DNA of 64,000 nucleotides from an uncultured Candidatus Rokubacteria bacterium (GCA_963754315.1 CAVWFS010000015.1:96001-160000); one strand, 5' to 3'; shown: positions 9,710-20,554, counted from the stretch's first letter. Notes: generated by a model from the sequence alone, not told the origin. A program made the numbers and translations.

Positions 9710-11228
9710 GGCACCTCGCCCTCCACGCGCAGGCGCGCGCGCCAGTCCATCGAACGCGAGATGAGCGGCCGGAGGGCAAGCAACACCAGCACCGCCCCCA
9801 CGGCCAGCAGAACTGCCGAGATGGGACGGGTGATGAAGACGTCATAGCGCCCACCGGACATGGCGAGGCCCTGGCGCAGGCTCAGCTCCATCATCGGCGC
9901 CAGCACGAGACCCAGCACGATGGGCGCCGTCTCGAAGTCGAGCTTGCGCAGGACGTAGCCGAGAACCCCCATGGCCAGCATGATCCAGACGTCGACCACG
10001 CTGCTGTTGACCGCGTACACCCCGAGGATCGAGCAGACGAGAATGGTCGGGTACAGCACGGGATAGGGAACGCGCAAGAGATTCACGAAGAGTCCGACCA
10101 GCGGCAGGTTCAGGATGAGCAGGACGACGTTGCCCACGTACATCGAGGCGATGAACCCCCAGAAGAGTTGCGGGTCGTTCTTGATGAGCAGCGGGCCCGG
10201 GGTCACGCCATGCACCATCATGGCCGCCAGCAGCAACGCCGCCACCGGCGCGCCCGGCACGCCGAGGGCCAGCATGGGCACGAAGGCACCCGAGGTCGCC
10301 GCGTTGTTGGCGGCCTCCGGTCCGGCCACGCCCGCCACCGCCCCCTGGCCGAAACGCTCGGGATGCCTGGAGATCCTCCGTTCGACGGCATAGGAGACGA
10401 ACGTCGAGATGACGTGGGCAGAGCCGGGGATGATCCCAATCAGGAAACCCAGGAGCGCTCCGCGCCCGGTGGGCAGGCCCGACTCCCGCCACTCCTGAGC
10501 CGAGGGCAGCAACTCGCGGAAGCGCGGCTTGATGACCTGGGGGGGATTCTTCTGACCGGCCGTGATGAGAATCTCCGCCAGTCCAAAGAGCCCGACCGCT
10601 ACCGGGACCACGCCGATCCCATCGCCCAGCTCGGTGATGCCATAGGCGAAGCGAAAGTAGCCGCTCATCTGATCGATACCGATCATGCCAAGGAGGAGAC
10701 CGAGGGAGGCCATGGCCAGCCCTCTCAGCATCGAGCCGGAGTTCATGTAGGCGAGCACGAGCAGACCGAGGAGGAGCAGGGAGAAGTACTCGGGAGGTCC
10801 GAAGCGCAGCGCGAACGAGGCCAGCGGCGGTGCCAGGAACATCAGCGCGACCACGCTCAACGTGCCAGCCACGTACGAGCTCACGGCGGCAATGGCCAGG
10901 GCAGCGCCGGCCCGCCCCTTCCGGGCCATCGCGTACCCGTCGATGCACGTCATGACCGAGGCAGCCTCCCCGGGATGCGCATCAGGATCGACGTGGTGGA
11001 GCCTCCGTACATGGCCCCGTAGTAGATGCCGGCCAGCATGACGATGGCGCGCGTCGCATCGAGACCGAAGGTGGCGGGCAGGAGCAGGCTGATGCCAGCC
11101 AGCGGCCCCACCCCAGGCAACACGCCCACCAAGGTGCCGACGAGACAGCCGATGAAACCGTACCAGAGGACGCCGGGGGAGAGCGCGACGGAAAAGCCCA
11201 GGTAGAGGCTCTGGAGCGTCTCGAGCAC
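9706..11228 (-). CDS. tctA: Tripartite tricarboxylate transporter large permease, frameshifted at 10968-10971
   Basis: GTLVGVLPGVG, YYGAMYGGS, GPEAANNA; adding one base to the C4 run restores IPGEAASVMTCIDGY. Confidence 0.88.
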
Positions 11229-11229
11229 G

Positions 11230-11673
11230 TCAGATCCCGAAGGGCCCCCGTGGCAGTGGTACGCGAAGAATGATGTCGAACAGCCAGAACGACCCCCAGG
11301 AGACGGCAACCGTGAGCAGGAGCGAGACGAGTATCCTTTGACGCTCCAGCACCAGCAAGAGGAAGAGAAGCACGGCAGCCATTGTGAGCCGGTAGCCGAG
11401 CCGCTCGAGTCCCCATGCCGCAAAGGCGCAGGCCGCAAAGATGGCGACGGCGTGCCGCCACTCGTCCCAGACGATGGCCGTGAAGCGCCCGCTCTCGGAT
11501 CTCACGGCGATCAGGATCACTCCGAAGAGGATCAGCAGAAGAGCGAGCAGGAGAGGCATGTAGGCTGGTCCTGGGCGCTGCAGCGAGCCCAGCGGGAACT
11601 GGCGGCTCTGCCAGACAGCGATCAGGCCAACGACGACCAGCGCGCCACCTGCCACCCGGTCGACGGTCAGCAT
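11230..11673 (-). CDS. tctB: Tripartite tricarboxylate transporter small permease
   Basis: 4 TM segments, PGPAYMP, C-terminal LRVPLPRGPFG; lies between tctC and tctA. Confidence 0.85.
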   Translation of the reverse strand: MLTVDRVAGGALVVVGLIAVWQSRQFPLGSLQRPGPAYMPLLLALLLILFGVILIAVRSESGRFTAIVWDEWRHAVAIFAACAFAAWGLERLGYRLTMAAVLLFLLLVLERQRILVSLLLTVAVSWGSFWLFDIILRVPLPRGPFGI

Positions 11674-11684
11674 CACCGAGCCTG

Positions 11685-12662
11685 CTACCGCGCGCTCTCG
11701 ACCTTGCCTATTTTCTGGACCACAGCAGCCAGCTTGGCCGCATCCTGAGCCCACCACACGTTGAACTCGTCGGCGTCCATGTAGGAGATGGGGGTATCGA
11801 GCTTGGCGTGCGAGTTCACCACCTCCGGCTCCTTCACCGCCTGGCGCATGCCCTCCCGGAGAATCTTGATCACGTTGGGCGGGGTGTTGCGGGGCGCCAC
11901 CAGGCCCGCCCACGCCGAGTACTCGACATCGTAGCCGAGTGACTTCAGGACCGGGACGTCCGGATAGGCGCCGATGGGAGCGCTGCCCGTGTGGGCCAGG
12001 AGCCGTAGTTTCCCGGCCTTCATGTGAGGCGCGACCAGCGAGTTGGTGCTCATCACAACCTGGGCATGGCCGCCCAGGATCGCGTTCATCATTGGACCGC
12101 CCCCTGTCGTGGGCAGGTGGCGCATCGTGAGGCCCGCCGCCAGCAGGAACATCTCCATGGGCACGTGCGAGGCGCCGTAGAGGCCAGAGGAGGTGAAGAC
12201 GATCTCGCCCGGCCGCCGCTTCGCGTCTTCCACCAGGTCCTTCAGTGTCTTCCACGGAGCATCGACGGGGACGGTCAGGATCGAGGGTTCCGCGTTGATT
12301 CGCGCGATACCGGTCAGCTGATCGCGCGTGTACGTCGGCGGACGCCCGAACAGCTTGTCGACCTCCGGCAGTACGGACACACTCACGAGCGCCAGCAACA
12401 GGGTGTACCCGTCAGGCTTGCTCGTGGCCACGAACTGGTTGCCGACGGCGCCGGCAGCTCCCGGCTTGTTGGCGACCACCACGGGCTGCTTCAGGAGGCG
12501 CTCGAGGGCCAGCGCCACCGGACGAGCCGTGAGATCGGCCAGCCCGCCGGGCGGAAAAGCAACCACGATGGTGATGGGGCGTGTCGGATAGGGCTCCTGC
12601 GCTCCCGCTGGCTGAACCACTGCCGCCAAGAGAGCGGCCGTGGCGCACAGGGTTCGCATCAT
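11685..12662 (-). CDS. tctC: Tripartite tricarboxylate transporter substrate-binding protein (Bug family)
   Basis: Signal peptide, YPTRPITIVVAFPPGG, NKPGAAG, PDGYTL. Confidence 0.92.
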   Translation of the reverse strand: MMRTLCATAALLAAVVQPAGAQEPYPTRPITIVVAFPPGGLADLTARPVALALERLLKQPVVVANKPGAAGAVGNQFVATSKPDGYTLLLALVSVSVLPEVDKLFGRPPTYTRDQLTGIARINAEPSILTVPVDAPWKTLKDLVEDAKRRPGEIVFTSSGLYGASHVPMEMFLLAAGLTMRHLPTTGGGPMMNAILGGHAQVVMSTNSLVAPHMKAGKLRLLAHTGSAPIGAYPDVPVLKSLGYDVEYSAWAGLVAPRNTPPNVIKILREGMRQAVKEPEVVNSHAKLDTPISYMDADEFNVWWAQDAAKLAAVVQKIGKVESAR

Positions 12663-12812
12663 CGTCGGTCTCCTTCCCTACTCCCGACGTCTCTGACGTC
12701 AGGCGCCGCCTTCATGGGTCGCGCGAGACTAGCAGCGGGGCGCGCAGAGCGTCAAGGCCGACAGCATACGCCTGTTCCGTTGACGAGCCTGGCGCGCGGT
12801 GGACCGCTCTGC

Positions 12813-13562
12813 CTAGACCAGGCGTGCGCGCAGACGGGAGCTGATGCCGTCGACGACGACCACCATCATCACGGTGACCAGCAGCACGGTGGCCGCCGCC
12901 GCGTAGTCGATCATCCTGAGATACGTCTGCAGGTAGAAGCCAATCCCACCGGCGCCGACGAAGCCGAGGACCGTCGCCGCCCGGATGTTCGTCTCGAATC
13001 GATAGAGCACATACGACATGAACAGGGGTAGCACCTGGGGCAACACGCCAAAGCGCAAGAGCTGCAGCCGCGTGGCACCGGTGGCGGTGATCGCGTCCAC
13101 GGGCCCTGGATCGATGCCCTCGATGGCCTCGGAGTAGAGCTTGGCGAGCGAGGTGGTGGTATAGGCCACCACGGCGAGAACTCCGGGAAAGGGACCAAGA
13201 CCGACCGCCGCCACGAAGAGCAACGCATAGACCAGCGTGTCGACGCTGCGTAGCACGTTGAGAACGGCGCGCATCCCGTGAAAGAGTGGCGGCGGAGCCA
13301 CGTTGCGCGCGGCGAGGAACCCCAGGGGGAGCGCGAGGACGGCCGCGACGGCAGTGCCCAAGAGGGCGATCTCGACCGTCGTGAGGGCGCCGGCAAGGGC
13401 AGCGGGCAGCACACTCAAATCCGGAGGGAGCATGCGCCGGAGGAAATCGAGCATCCAGGGGATTCCCCGCGCGAGCCGCGCGGGATCGGCGCCAGTATCC
13501 CAGGCCGTCCAGATCAGCACGGCCGCTCCCACGACGAGGGTGACGGCTTGCCCGCGCCTCAC
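12813..13562 (-). CDS. phnE: Phosphonate/phosphite ABC transporter permease
   Basis: AAVGLGPFPGVLA, YRFETNIRAATVLGFVGAGGIG. Confidence 0.9.
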   Translation of the reverse strand: MRRGQAVTLVVGAAVLIWTAWDTGADPARLARGIPWMLDFLRRMLPPDLSVLPAALAGALTTVEIALLGTAVAAVLALPLGFLAARNVAPPPLFHGMRAVLNVLRSVDTLVYALLFVAAVGLGPFPGVLAVVAYTTTSLAKLYSEAIEGIDPGPVDAITATGATRLQLLRFGVLPQVLPLFMSYVLYRFETNIRAATVLGFVGAGGIGFYLQTYLRMIDYAAAATVLLVTVMMVVVVDGISSRLRARLV

Positions 13563-14305
13563 GAGGAACGCTCGTCGCCGTAGATCGCCTGCGCGACCTC
13601 GGGAGTCACGGCCGCAGGCGGCCCGTCGAACCCGACACGTCCGGCGCGGAAACCCACGATGCGGCTCGCGTACGCGCGCGCGGTCTCGAGCTGGTGCTGA
13701 CTCACGACCAGGGTGAGACCTCGTTCGACGTTGATGCGGCGCAGGATGTCCATGATCGTCGCGGTGAGCTGGGGATCGAGGCTCGCCGTCGGCTCGTCGG
13801 CCAGGATCACGCCAGGGCGCTGGGCGAGCGCACGGGCAATGGCCACCCGTTGCTGCTCGCCGCCGGACAGGGTGTCAGCGCGACGCCCGGCGAGCTCCGC
13901 CAGCCCGACCTGCGCCAGGCACTCCTCGGCCAGATCCCGATCCCGTCGCGGAAAGCGGCCGACCAGGCTCGACCACGTGGGAAGATAGCCGAGGCGACCA
14001 GCCAGCACGTTGTCCAGTACCGACGCCCGGCGAACCAGATTGAACTGCTGAAAGATCATGCCGATGTGCCGGCGCACTTCGCGCAAGGCCGCGGCGTCGG
14101 CTCCGGTGACCGGCCGCCCGGCAACACGGATCGTGCCCGAGGTCGGCTCCACCAGCCGGTTGATGGACCGCAGAAAGGTCGTCTTGCCGGCCCCGCTGCG
14201 CCCGATGATCATCACGAACTCGCCCGGTCTGACCCTGAGATCGACGTCGGCGAGGGCAACCGTGCTGGGTGGGCGTACCACCGTGAGCCCCTCCACCTCG
14301 ATCAT
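13559..14305 (-). CDS. phnC: Phosphonate/phosphite ABC transporter ATPase
   Basis: [41 protein letters not shown]. Confidence 0.9.
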   Translation of the reverse strand: MIEVEGLTVVRPPSTVALADVDLRVRPGEFVMIIGRSGAGKTTFLRSINRLVEPTSGTIRVAGRPVTGADAAALREVRRHIGMIFQQFNLVRRASVLDNVLAGRLGYLPTWSSLVGRFPRRDRDLAEECLAQVGLAELAGRRADTLSGGEQQRVAIARALAQRPGVILADEPTASLDPQLTATIMDILRRINVERGLTLVVSQHQLETARAYASRIVGFRAGRVGFDGPPAAVTPEVAQAIYGDERSS

Positions 14306-14369
14306 CACGGCTGACGGCTGCCGGCCCCGCCGCGCCCTCGGCGTAGCGGTTCTCCGAGGTGGCGCGGTC

Positions 14370-15254
14370 TCAGCGGGGTCGCACGCCGAGCAGGTCGACG
14401 GCGGCACGGACAGGGCCGTAGTCACCGTCGTCTGCTGGCTCGAAACCGTCGATATCGTAGAGTCGCTTGAGCAGCGGCGCGTACTCCGGTCCGTGCATCC
14501 GCAGGAGGGCGGACCGCACCTTGGCCACCACCGTCGGGTCGAGACCCGCGCGAGCGCAAATCCCGCTCTCCGGGATGGGTGGGCTCTCGGCGATCCACAC
14601 GATGCGCTCGCGTTCGACGGGATCCTTGATGTATTGCTCGCGGGCCAGATCGAACGAGGCAAGCGAGTCCACGTGACCGTTCAGGAGCGCCCGCATGCCA
14701 GCATCGTGCGAACCCGCGAAGACAACCTCGCGAAAGAACGTCTTGGGATCGCGATTCTGGACCAGTCCGCGCTGCATGAGGAGCACCATCGGATAGATGT
14801 ACCCCGATGAGCTGGCCGGATCGATGAACGCGATCGTCCGCCCTCGCAGCGCCTCCAGGGTGGCGAGCCCGGAGTCCTTCCGTACGTAGATCCGCGAGGT
14901 GAAGGTCGTCTTGCCGTGCCAGCGGTTTCTGACCACGATCATGGCCTTCGCCTCGCGATTGGCCAGGACGTAGCCGACCGGATGTGCGAAGGCCAGGTCG
15001 GCTGTCCCGTTTCTGAGCGCCTCCACCACGGCCGCGTAGTCGGCGGCCACCGTCACCCGCACCGGCATGTCCACCAGTTTGCCGAGCTTCTCCGCGAACT
15101 CCTGGCCCGTGGCCAGCAAGTCGGTGGGCTTTTGCGAGGGCGTGAGGACAAGATGAAGCGGCTTCTGGGCTTCCAGACGCGGTGTCCCGGCGAGCAGGAC
15201 GAGGACCGCCGCCGACAACCACACGGACACACGTTTCGCCATGACGAGGATCAT
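14370..15254 (-). CDS. phnD: Phosphate/phosphite/phosphonate ABC substrate-binding protein
   Basis: Signal peptide, DYAAVVEAL, DPASSSGYIYP, FAGSHD. Confidence 0.88.
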   Translation of the reverse strand: MILVMAKRVSVWLSAAVLVLLAGTPRLEAQKPLHLVLTPSQKPTDLLATGQEFAEKLGKLVDMPVRVTVAADYAAVVEALRNGTADLAFAHPVGYVLANREAKAMIVVRNRWHGKTTFTSRIYVRKDSGLATLEALRGRTIAFIDPASSSGYIYPMVLLMQRGLVQNRDPKTFFREVVFAGSHDAGMRALLNGHVDSLASFDLAREQYIKDPVERERIVWIAESPPIPESGICARAGLDPTVVAKVRSALLRMHGPEYAPLLKRLYDIDGFEPADDGDYGPVRAAVDLLGVRPR

Positions 15255-16097
15255 GCTACCGCATTCGGCTGACTGTGTCGGCGACCGACCGTCATGATGT
15301 GCGCCCCCACGCCGAGCATGGACGGCTCGCGCTCGACGGCACGCGCGGCCATCAGCAGGTGCTGGCGCCATCCGGGATCTGCCCAGCGCTGCGCGACATC
15401 GGCCAGGACCCATCCCGGCCCCTCGATGCCGACCGTCTCGACGATCTCGAAGCCGCCTTCGGCGACCTCGCGCTCCAGCTCCTCCGGGCGATGGAAGAAC
15501 GATGTGGTGAAGTAGTCGCGCGGGGTCGGGTTGCGATGCTGGCCGCTCCGGAGATCCTCTTCCACGATGCGGGCGGCAGTCGGATCCTCGAGGAGGCCCT
15601 CGAAGAGCCCGTCGAGGAGGGAAGCAAACCGGGAAACCCCGACCGCGAAGAGAAGCCCGCCCGGCCTCAGCACGCGCCAGGCCTCGCGGAGGGCGCGTAT
15701 GCGGTCCGTCCGCTCCGTCAGGTGATAGAGCGGTCCCATCAGGAGCACGGCGTCGGCGCTTGTGTCAGGTGACATCGAGGTGCCGGGCGTCGCCGAGCCT
15801 GACGCTGGCCAGGGGATGGTCGGGCTGGTTGGCGGATGCCCGGCGCGCCTGCTCGACGTGGAGCGGCGAGGCGTCGAGGAGGTGCACGGTGTGGCCCCGC
15901 GCTGCCAGCCAGCATGCATAGGCGCCGGGCCCACCGCCCACGTCCAGAATATCCTGAGGTAAAGCGGGCAAGTGGCGGAGCAACAACTCGCGCGTGCGCT
16001 CGGCTTCCAGCGGGCCGTGGCCGAGCGACAGGCGCTGCTCCTCCCGCCCCTGCCCGTAGTAGGCGAGGATCTCCGGCGGGACGCGGGGAACACTCAT
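15251..16097 (-). CDS. Class I SAM-dependent methyltransferase, frameshifted near 15770
   Basis: ILDVGGGPG in ORF 15765-16097 continues as DAVLLMGPLYHL...LRPGG in another frame. Confidence 0.85.
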
Positions 16098-17650
16098 GAA
16101 TCCGAGGGCCAGCGCTCGACGTCGGCTTCGGCCGCCGGCGGCTCGTAGTGGCGGAGCTGAAGATCCAGCACGTCCTCGCGCGCATCGGAGAGATCGCGCC
16201 CTGCCGCCTGGCGCTCACGTAAGCGCTCGCGCAGCACCGTCTCCGGCGCCTGGCACCACACGATTCGAAACGACGCAGCCCTGTCGCGCGCCAGCGCCCG
16301 GGCCGCCTCCCGCTCGGTCCGCCGGCCGAAGACCCCGTCGAGCACCACGCTCCAGCCCGCCTCCAGCAGCTCGGCTGCGATATGCAGACACGTGGCGTAG
16401 GTCCGCTCGGTCATGGCGGCCGTGTACAGGCCTTCACCGACTGCCCCTGTGTGGTGCTGATGCCACGGGACTCCCGCGAGCTGCTTGCGAACGGCGTCGG
16501 TTCGTACCACGATGGCGGAGGCGCCGTGGGCGATGCTGCGCGCTGCCGTCGATTTGCCGCTGGCGCTGAGCCCCGTCATCACGGTGAGCGTGGGAGCCCG
16601 GCGCCGGTCGGCATAGGAAGCCGCGAGGTCGAAATAGCTCCGCGCCCGTGATACCAGCGCCGCATGGTCTGCCCGATCAGGATCGACCGCTTGCAGACCG
16701 TACACCTTGCCCCGGATCCACGCGCGATACGCGCGGTAGAAGCCGAGCAGTGGGACGGCGCCGAAATCCCCGCTCGAATCCAGGTACGCGTTGATGAAGT
16801 CGAGGGCCAGGTCCGGGCGCCCGCTGGCGTCGAGATCCATGGCCAGGAAGGCGATCTCACTCGCCGTGTCGCCGTAGCGAAACCGGTGATTGAACTCGAT
16901 GCAGTCGAATACCTGAACGGGGTCCGTGCAGCACACGTGCTGTGCCTGGAGGTCGCCGTGGCAGTCGCGCACACGGTCAGCTCGCCGGCGCTCGGCGAAC
17001 CGCCGGCGCTGATCGCGCAGGGTGTCCCGCAAGAAGGTCCCCACGGTCGTGCGCGTGGCCGGGGTCAGTACCTCCGGCGGAAAATGCCCGGTCTGGGTGA
17101 GGCTCTCCTCCATGTTCCGCCGGATCACCTCCGGCCGACCAAAGCGGGCGATGGTCGGCCCGGAGGCCGCTGTCGCATGAAAGTCAGCGATCGTCCGACC
17201 GATATCCTCCAGCAGACGATGATCGGCGCCGGCTGTCTTCACGAGCTGGTCGAGCATGCGATCCGCCGGCAGGCGTCGCATCCACACCGCGACCTCCAGT
17301 GTCCGACCGGAGCCGCCCAGCCGATACGCCCCTCGTCCGCCGGTCACCGCGACGACGTCCAGATACGCCTTGGGCGCGAGCCGCTGGTTCAGGCGGACTT
17401 CCTCCCGACAAAAGTGTCGGCGCCGCGCCAGGGTCCGAAAATCGAGAAAGCCGAGGTTGACGGGCTTCTTGACCTTGTAGACATACTCACCAGCCAGGAA
17501 AACCCATGAGATGTGGGTTTCGATCAACTCCACGGAGGAGGGCCGGTGGGGATAGAACGTCGGATCCATGAAGGGGCGAACGCGGGCGGGCAGCGCGGGG
17601 TCCTTCCCCGGCGACCCCTGCCCCGCTGTCGCCCCGATCCCTGGTGTCAC
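16094..17650 (-). CDS. Bifunctional aminoglycoside-phosphotransferase-like / P-loop kinase (AAA_33) protein
   Basis: ETHISWVFL, YKVKKPV, DCHGDL, FDCIEFN, then GLSASGKST and LDG; GTG start at 17650 (alternative 17569). Confidence 0.88.
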   Translation of the reverse strand: MTPGIGATAGQGSPGKDPALPARVRPFMDPTFYPHRPSSVELIETHISWVFLAGEYVYKVKKPVNLGFLDFRTLARRRHFCREEVRLNQRLAPKAYLDVVAVTGGRGAYRLGGSGRTLEVAVWMRRLPADRMLDQLVKTAGADHRLLEDIGRTIADFHATAASGPTIARFGRPEVIRRNMEESLTQTGHFPPEVLTPATRTTVGTFLRDTLRDQRRRFAERRRADRVRDCHGDLQAQHVCCTDPVQVFDCIEFNHRFRYGDTASEIAFLAMDLDASGRPDLALDFINAYLDSSGDFGAVPLLGFYRAYRAWIRGKVYGLQAVDPDRADHAALVSRARSYFDLAASYADRRRAPTLTVMTGLSASGKSTAARSIAHGASAIVVRTDAVRKQLAGVPWHQHHTGAVGEGLYTAAMTERTYATCLHIAAELLEAGWSVVLDGVFGRRTEREAARALARDRAASFRIVWCQAPETVLRERLRERQAAGRDLSDAREDVLDLQLRHYEPPAAEADVERWPSDS

Positions 17651-17705
17651 GCGTGGTATCGTAGCGCGGCGCGGCCGTTCGCAGCGCATCGCAAGGAGAT
17701 CGAAC

Positions 17706-19250
17706 ATGATCGTACCGCTAACCCTCGTCGACTTCCTCGAGCGTGCTGAGCTGGCCTATGGAGATCGCGAGGCCATCGTGGACGAGCCGAATCCCCCCGG
17801 GGGAGGTTTAGGCAGGATCACATACGCCGACTTTGGCCGCATGGCCCGCAGCCTGGCCACCGCGCTCGACGATCTGCGGGTCGAGCCCGGCGCGCGCGTG
17901 GCCATCGTCTCGCCAAACGCAACCCGCTTCCTGGTGAGTCTCTTCGGCGTGAGCGGATATGGACGCATCCTCGTCCCCATCAACTATCGTCTGCGGACAG
18001 ACGAGATCGCCTACATCCTCGAGCACTCCAGGGCTTCGGTGTTGCTCGTCGACCACGAGCTGGAAGAGTCGCTCCGGCCACTGAAGGTGGAGCACCGCTT
18101 CCTGCTCGGCGCGGCCACGGACCCCATCCTGTTCGGCCGCCCGGACGCTCAGCCACGCCATTCGGTCACCGACGAGAACGCCACCCTCTCGATCAACTAC
18201 ACCTCGGGAACCACGGCGCGGCCCAAGGGGGTGCAGCTTACCCACCGTAGCTGCTGGCTCAACGCCGTGGTATTCGGTTGGCACGTGGGTGTCACCGACC
18301 GCGACGTCTACCTGCACACCTTGCCCACCTTCCACTGCAATGGCTGGGGCATGCCCTACGCGCTCACCGCCATGGGCGCTCGTCAGGTGATCATCCGAAA
18401 GATCGACGGCGAGGAGATCCTGCGTCGGGTGGAGTCGGAGGGGGTGACGCTCTTCAATTGCGCGCCTGCCGTCATCGCCGCCGTCCTCGATGCTGCCGCC
18501 GCTCGGCGCCAGCAGGGGCAGGGCACACCAGGGCGGGGGCGGGTTCGCATCGTGGTGGCGGGCGCTCCTCCGCCCTCGAAGACCATCGAGCGGGTCGACA
18601 CCGAGCTCGGCTGGGAGTTCATCCAGATCTACGGACTCACGGAAACGTCGCCGCTGCTCACCATCAACCGGGCACCACGGGAGTGGGACGGTCTACCCCC
18701 CGATGAGCGGGCGCGGCGCCTGGCCCGGGCCGGTGTGCCTGGTATCGGGGTCCGCATGACCGTGGATGGCGAGGGCGAAATCTTGGCTCGCTCCAATCAT
18801 GTGTTCGAAGGTTACTGGGACCAGCCCGAGGAGACGGCCAAGGCTCTGGAGGGGGATTGGTTTCACACGGGCGATGGGGGTCAGCTCGAAGGCCCGTATA
18901 TCGTGATTTCCGATCGCAAGAAGGATGTGATCATCACGGGCGGAGAGAATGTTTCCTCGATCGAGGTCGAGGACTGCCTCTACCAGCATCCGGCGGTAGC
19001 GGAGGCGGCCGTCATTGGCGTTCCCGACGAAAAGTGGGGTGAGACCATCAAGGCCCTGGTGACGTTGCGCCCGGATGGGCGCGTCACTGCTGAGGAGCTC
19101 GTGGCCTTCTGCCGCTCTCGCCTCGCCCATTTCAAGTGCCCCACCTCGGTCGAGTTCCGCGACGGCTTGCCGCGGACGGCCACTGGTAAGCTCCAGAAGT
19201 TCAAGCTTCGCGAGCCCTTCTGGCAAGACCGGACGCGGCGGGTTAATTGA
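17706..19250 (+). CDS. Acyl-CoA synthetase (AMP-binding, long-chain fatty acid-CoA ligase-like)
   Basis: AAGGAG RBS, YTSGTTARPKG, YGLTE, WFHTGD, PRTATGK. Confidence 0.93.
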   Translation: MIVPLTLVDFLERAELAYGDREAIVDEPNPPGGGLGRITYADFGRMARSLATALDDLRVEPGARVAIVSPNATRFLVSLFGVSGYGRILVPINYRLRTDEIAYILEHSRASVLLVDHELEESLRPLKVEHRFLLGAATDPILFGRPDAQPRHSVTDENATLSINYTSGTTARPKGVQLTHRSCWLNAVVFGWHVGVTDRDVYLHTLPTFHCNGWGMPYALTAMGARQVIIRKIDGEEILRRVESEGVTLFNCAPAVIAAVLDAAAARRQQGQGTPGRGRVRIVVAGAPPPSKTIERVDTELGWEFIQIYGLTETSPLLTINRAPREWDGLPPDERARRLARAGVPGIGVRMTVDGEGEILARSNHVFEGYWDQPEETAKALEGDWFHTGDGGQLEGPYIVISDRKKDVIITGGENVSSIEVEDCLYQHPAVAEAAVIGVPDEKWGETIKALVTLRPDGRVTAEELVAFCRSRLAHFKCPTSVEFRDGLPRTATGKLQKFKLREPFWQDRTRRVN

Positions 19251-19260
19251 TTAAATTGAA

Positions 19261-19530
19261 GGGGGGCCTCGAAGGGCCCCCTGGCCCCCCGCGCTCGGGA
19301 CGTCCCGGGGAACCCGTGACGCCCCTCGGGATTACGCGGCGATGCTGGGGCCTCGAAGGGCCCCCTGGCCCCCCAGCGCTCGGGGACGTCCCGGGGAACC
19401 CGTGACGCCCCTCGGGATTACGCGGCGATGCTGGGGCCTCGAAGGGCCCCCTGGCCCCGCGCTCGGGACGTCCCGGGGAACCCGTGACGCCCCTCGGGAT
19501 TACGTCGCGGTGTGGGGCCTCGAAGGGCCC
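19261..19530 (+). repeat. Tandem array of the ~85-bp two-hairpin element: 3 units plus terminal hairpin
   Basis: Units start at 19263, 19347, 19433, 19514; unit GGGGCCTCGAAGGGCCCCCTGGCCCCCC(A)GCGCTCGGGACGTCCCGGGGAACCCGTGACGCCCCTCGGGATTACGCGGCGATGCT. Confidence 0.95.
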
Positions 19531-19540
19531 AGTTCTACGA

Positions 19541-20119
19541 CTACTTGAGTTCGTCGAGGGTGAGGCGGAAGCTGGGCACGAAGGTGCGGAGGAAGTAGCG
19601 CACCTCGGGAAGGTCGATGCCTTCAACGCTTTCCCGAAGGACTTTCTCCGCCTCCACGAACTCCCGGTTTCCGGCGCTGGTCTCCTCCAGACACTTGATG
19701 TAGGCGCAGAGCTTGTCAGCGGCCTTGATAAGGTCCACGTAGGGGCCGTCAGCCGCGCCCGGCTCCAGGAGAGCCCGGTAGTCCGGCTGCAGGGCGGCTG
19801 GAAGCATGCCGAGCAGCCTTTCCCGAGCCACCCGCTCGATGACGTGGTAGGCACGTTCGATCTCGGGGGTGAAGTACTTCACCGGACGTGGCAAATCTCC
19901 CGTGAGCACCTCGCTGGCATCGTGGTAGATCGCCGCCACTGCCGCTCGCTCCGGGCTGACATCGCCAGCGAACAGCCGGTTGCGGATGACGGCCAGGGCG
20001 TGCGTGATCATCGCCACCCGCAAGCTGTGCTCCTGGATGTTCTCCGTCTGGGTGCTATGCATGAGTCCCCAGCGCTGGATGAACTTCATGCGGGCCATCC
20101 AGGCGAAGAAGTGGCTCAT
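19541..20119 (-). CDS. yfbR: HD-domain 5'-deoxynucleotidase
   Basis: MSHFFA...RW.LM...ENI.EHSL.VA, YHDASEVLTGDLP.PVKY, ADKLCAYIKC.EE. Confidence 0.93.
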   Translation of the reverse strand: MSHFFAWMARMKFIQRWGLMHSTQTENIQEHSLRVAMITHALAVIRNRLFAGDVSPERAAVAAIYHDASEVLTGDLPRPVKYFTPEIERAYHVIERVARERLLGMLPAALQPDYRALLEPGAADGPYVDLIKAADKLCAYIKCLEETSAGNREFVEAEKVLRESVEGIDLPEVRYFLRTFVPSFRLTLDELK

Positions 20120-20141
20120 CCGACGCCGCCCTTGGCCTCTC

Positions 20142-20519
20142 TCAGCGAGGCTTCAGTTCGATCATGTAGCCGTCGGGATCGCGCAGATATAGCGAGGGGC
20201 CGGTCCCGTAAGCGCCCCGCCGGCTGGCGATCCCGCCCTGGAGCTGCACGCCGCGCGCCTGAAGGTCAGAGGCCACCTTCGCCAGATCATCACAGTGAAT
20301 CGACAGACACACGTGATCGACACCCCCGGACCCGCGCGGACGTTCCGCGGTGATCGGGAGTAAATCGATGTAGTGCTCGCCGAAGCGCAGGTGGATGAGC
20401 GAGATCCGCTCGTTGACGTGATCGAGCGTACAGCCGAGGACGTCCTGGTAGAAGCGCTGCGAGGCTTGCTGATCGCGCACGACCAGCACCACGTGATCCA
20501 GACCAAGCGGGGTGAACAT
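20142..20519 (-). CDS. VOC/glyoxalase family protein
   Basis: LDHVVL.V.D...FY..VLG, DHVCL, YLRDPDGY.IEL. Confidence 0.88.
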   Translation of the reverse strand: MFTPLGLDHVVLVVRDQQASQRFYQDVLGCTLDHVNERISLIHLRFGEHYIDLLPITAERPRGSGGVDHVCLSIHCDDLAKVASDLQARGVQLQGGIASRRGAYGTGPSLYLRDPDGYMIELKPR

Positions 20520-20554
20520 GGGCGCCTCCTGTTGGGACTCTGCCCTGATCATAC

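Noticed and set aside
10960..10975. Programmed ribosomal frameshifting in tctA and the other split genes
   Set aside because: No slippery heptamer or stimulatory structure seen, and these families are not known for recoding; sequence error is simpler.
14320..14367. Hairpin between phnD and phnC as a novel RNA
   Set aside because: Stabilising hairpins after substrate-binding-protein genes are common in ABC operons.
19261..19530. The three tandem arrays as CRISPR arrays
   Set aside because: Units are repeated along their whole length with no unique spacers, and there are no cas genes in the window.
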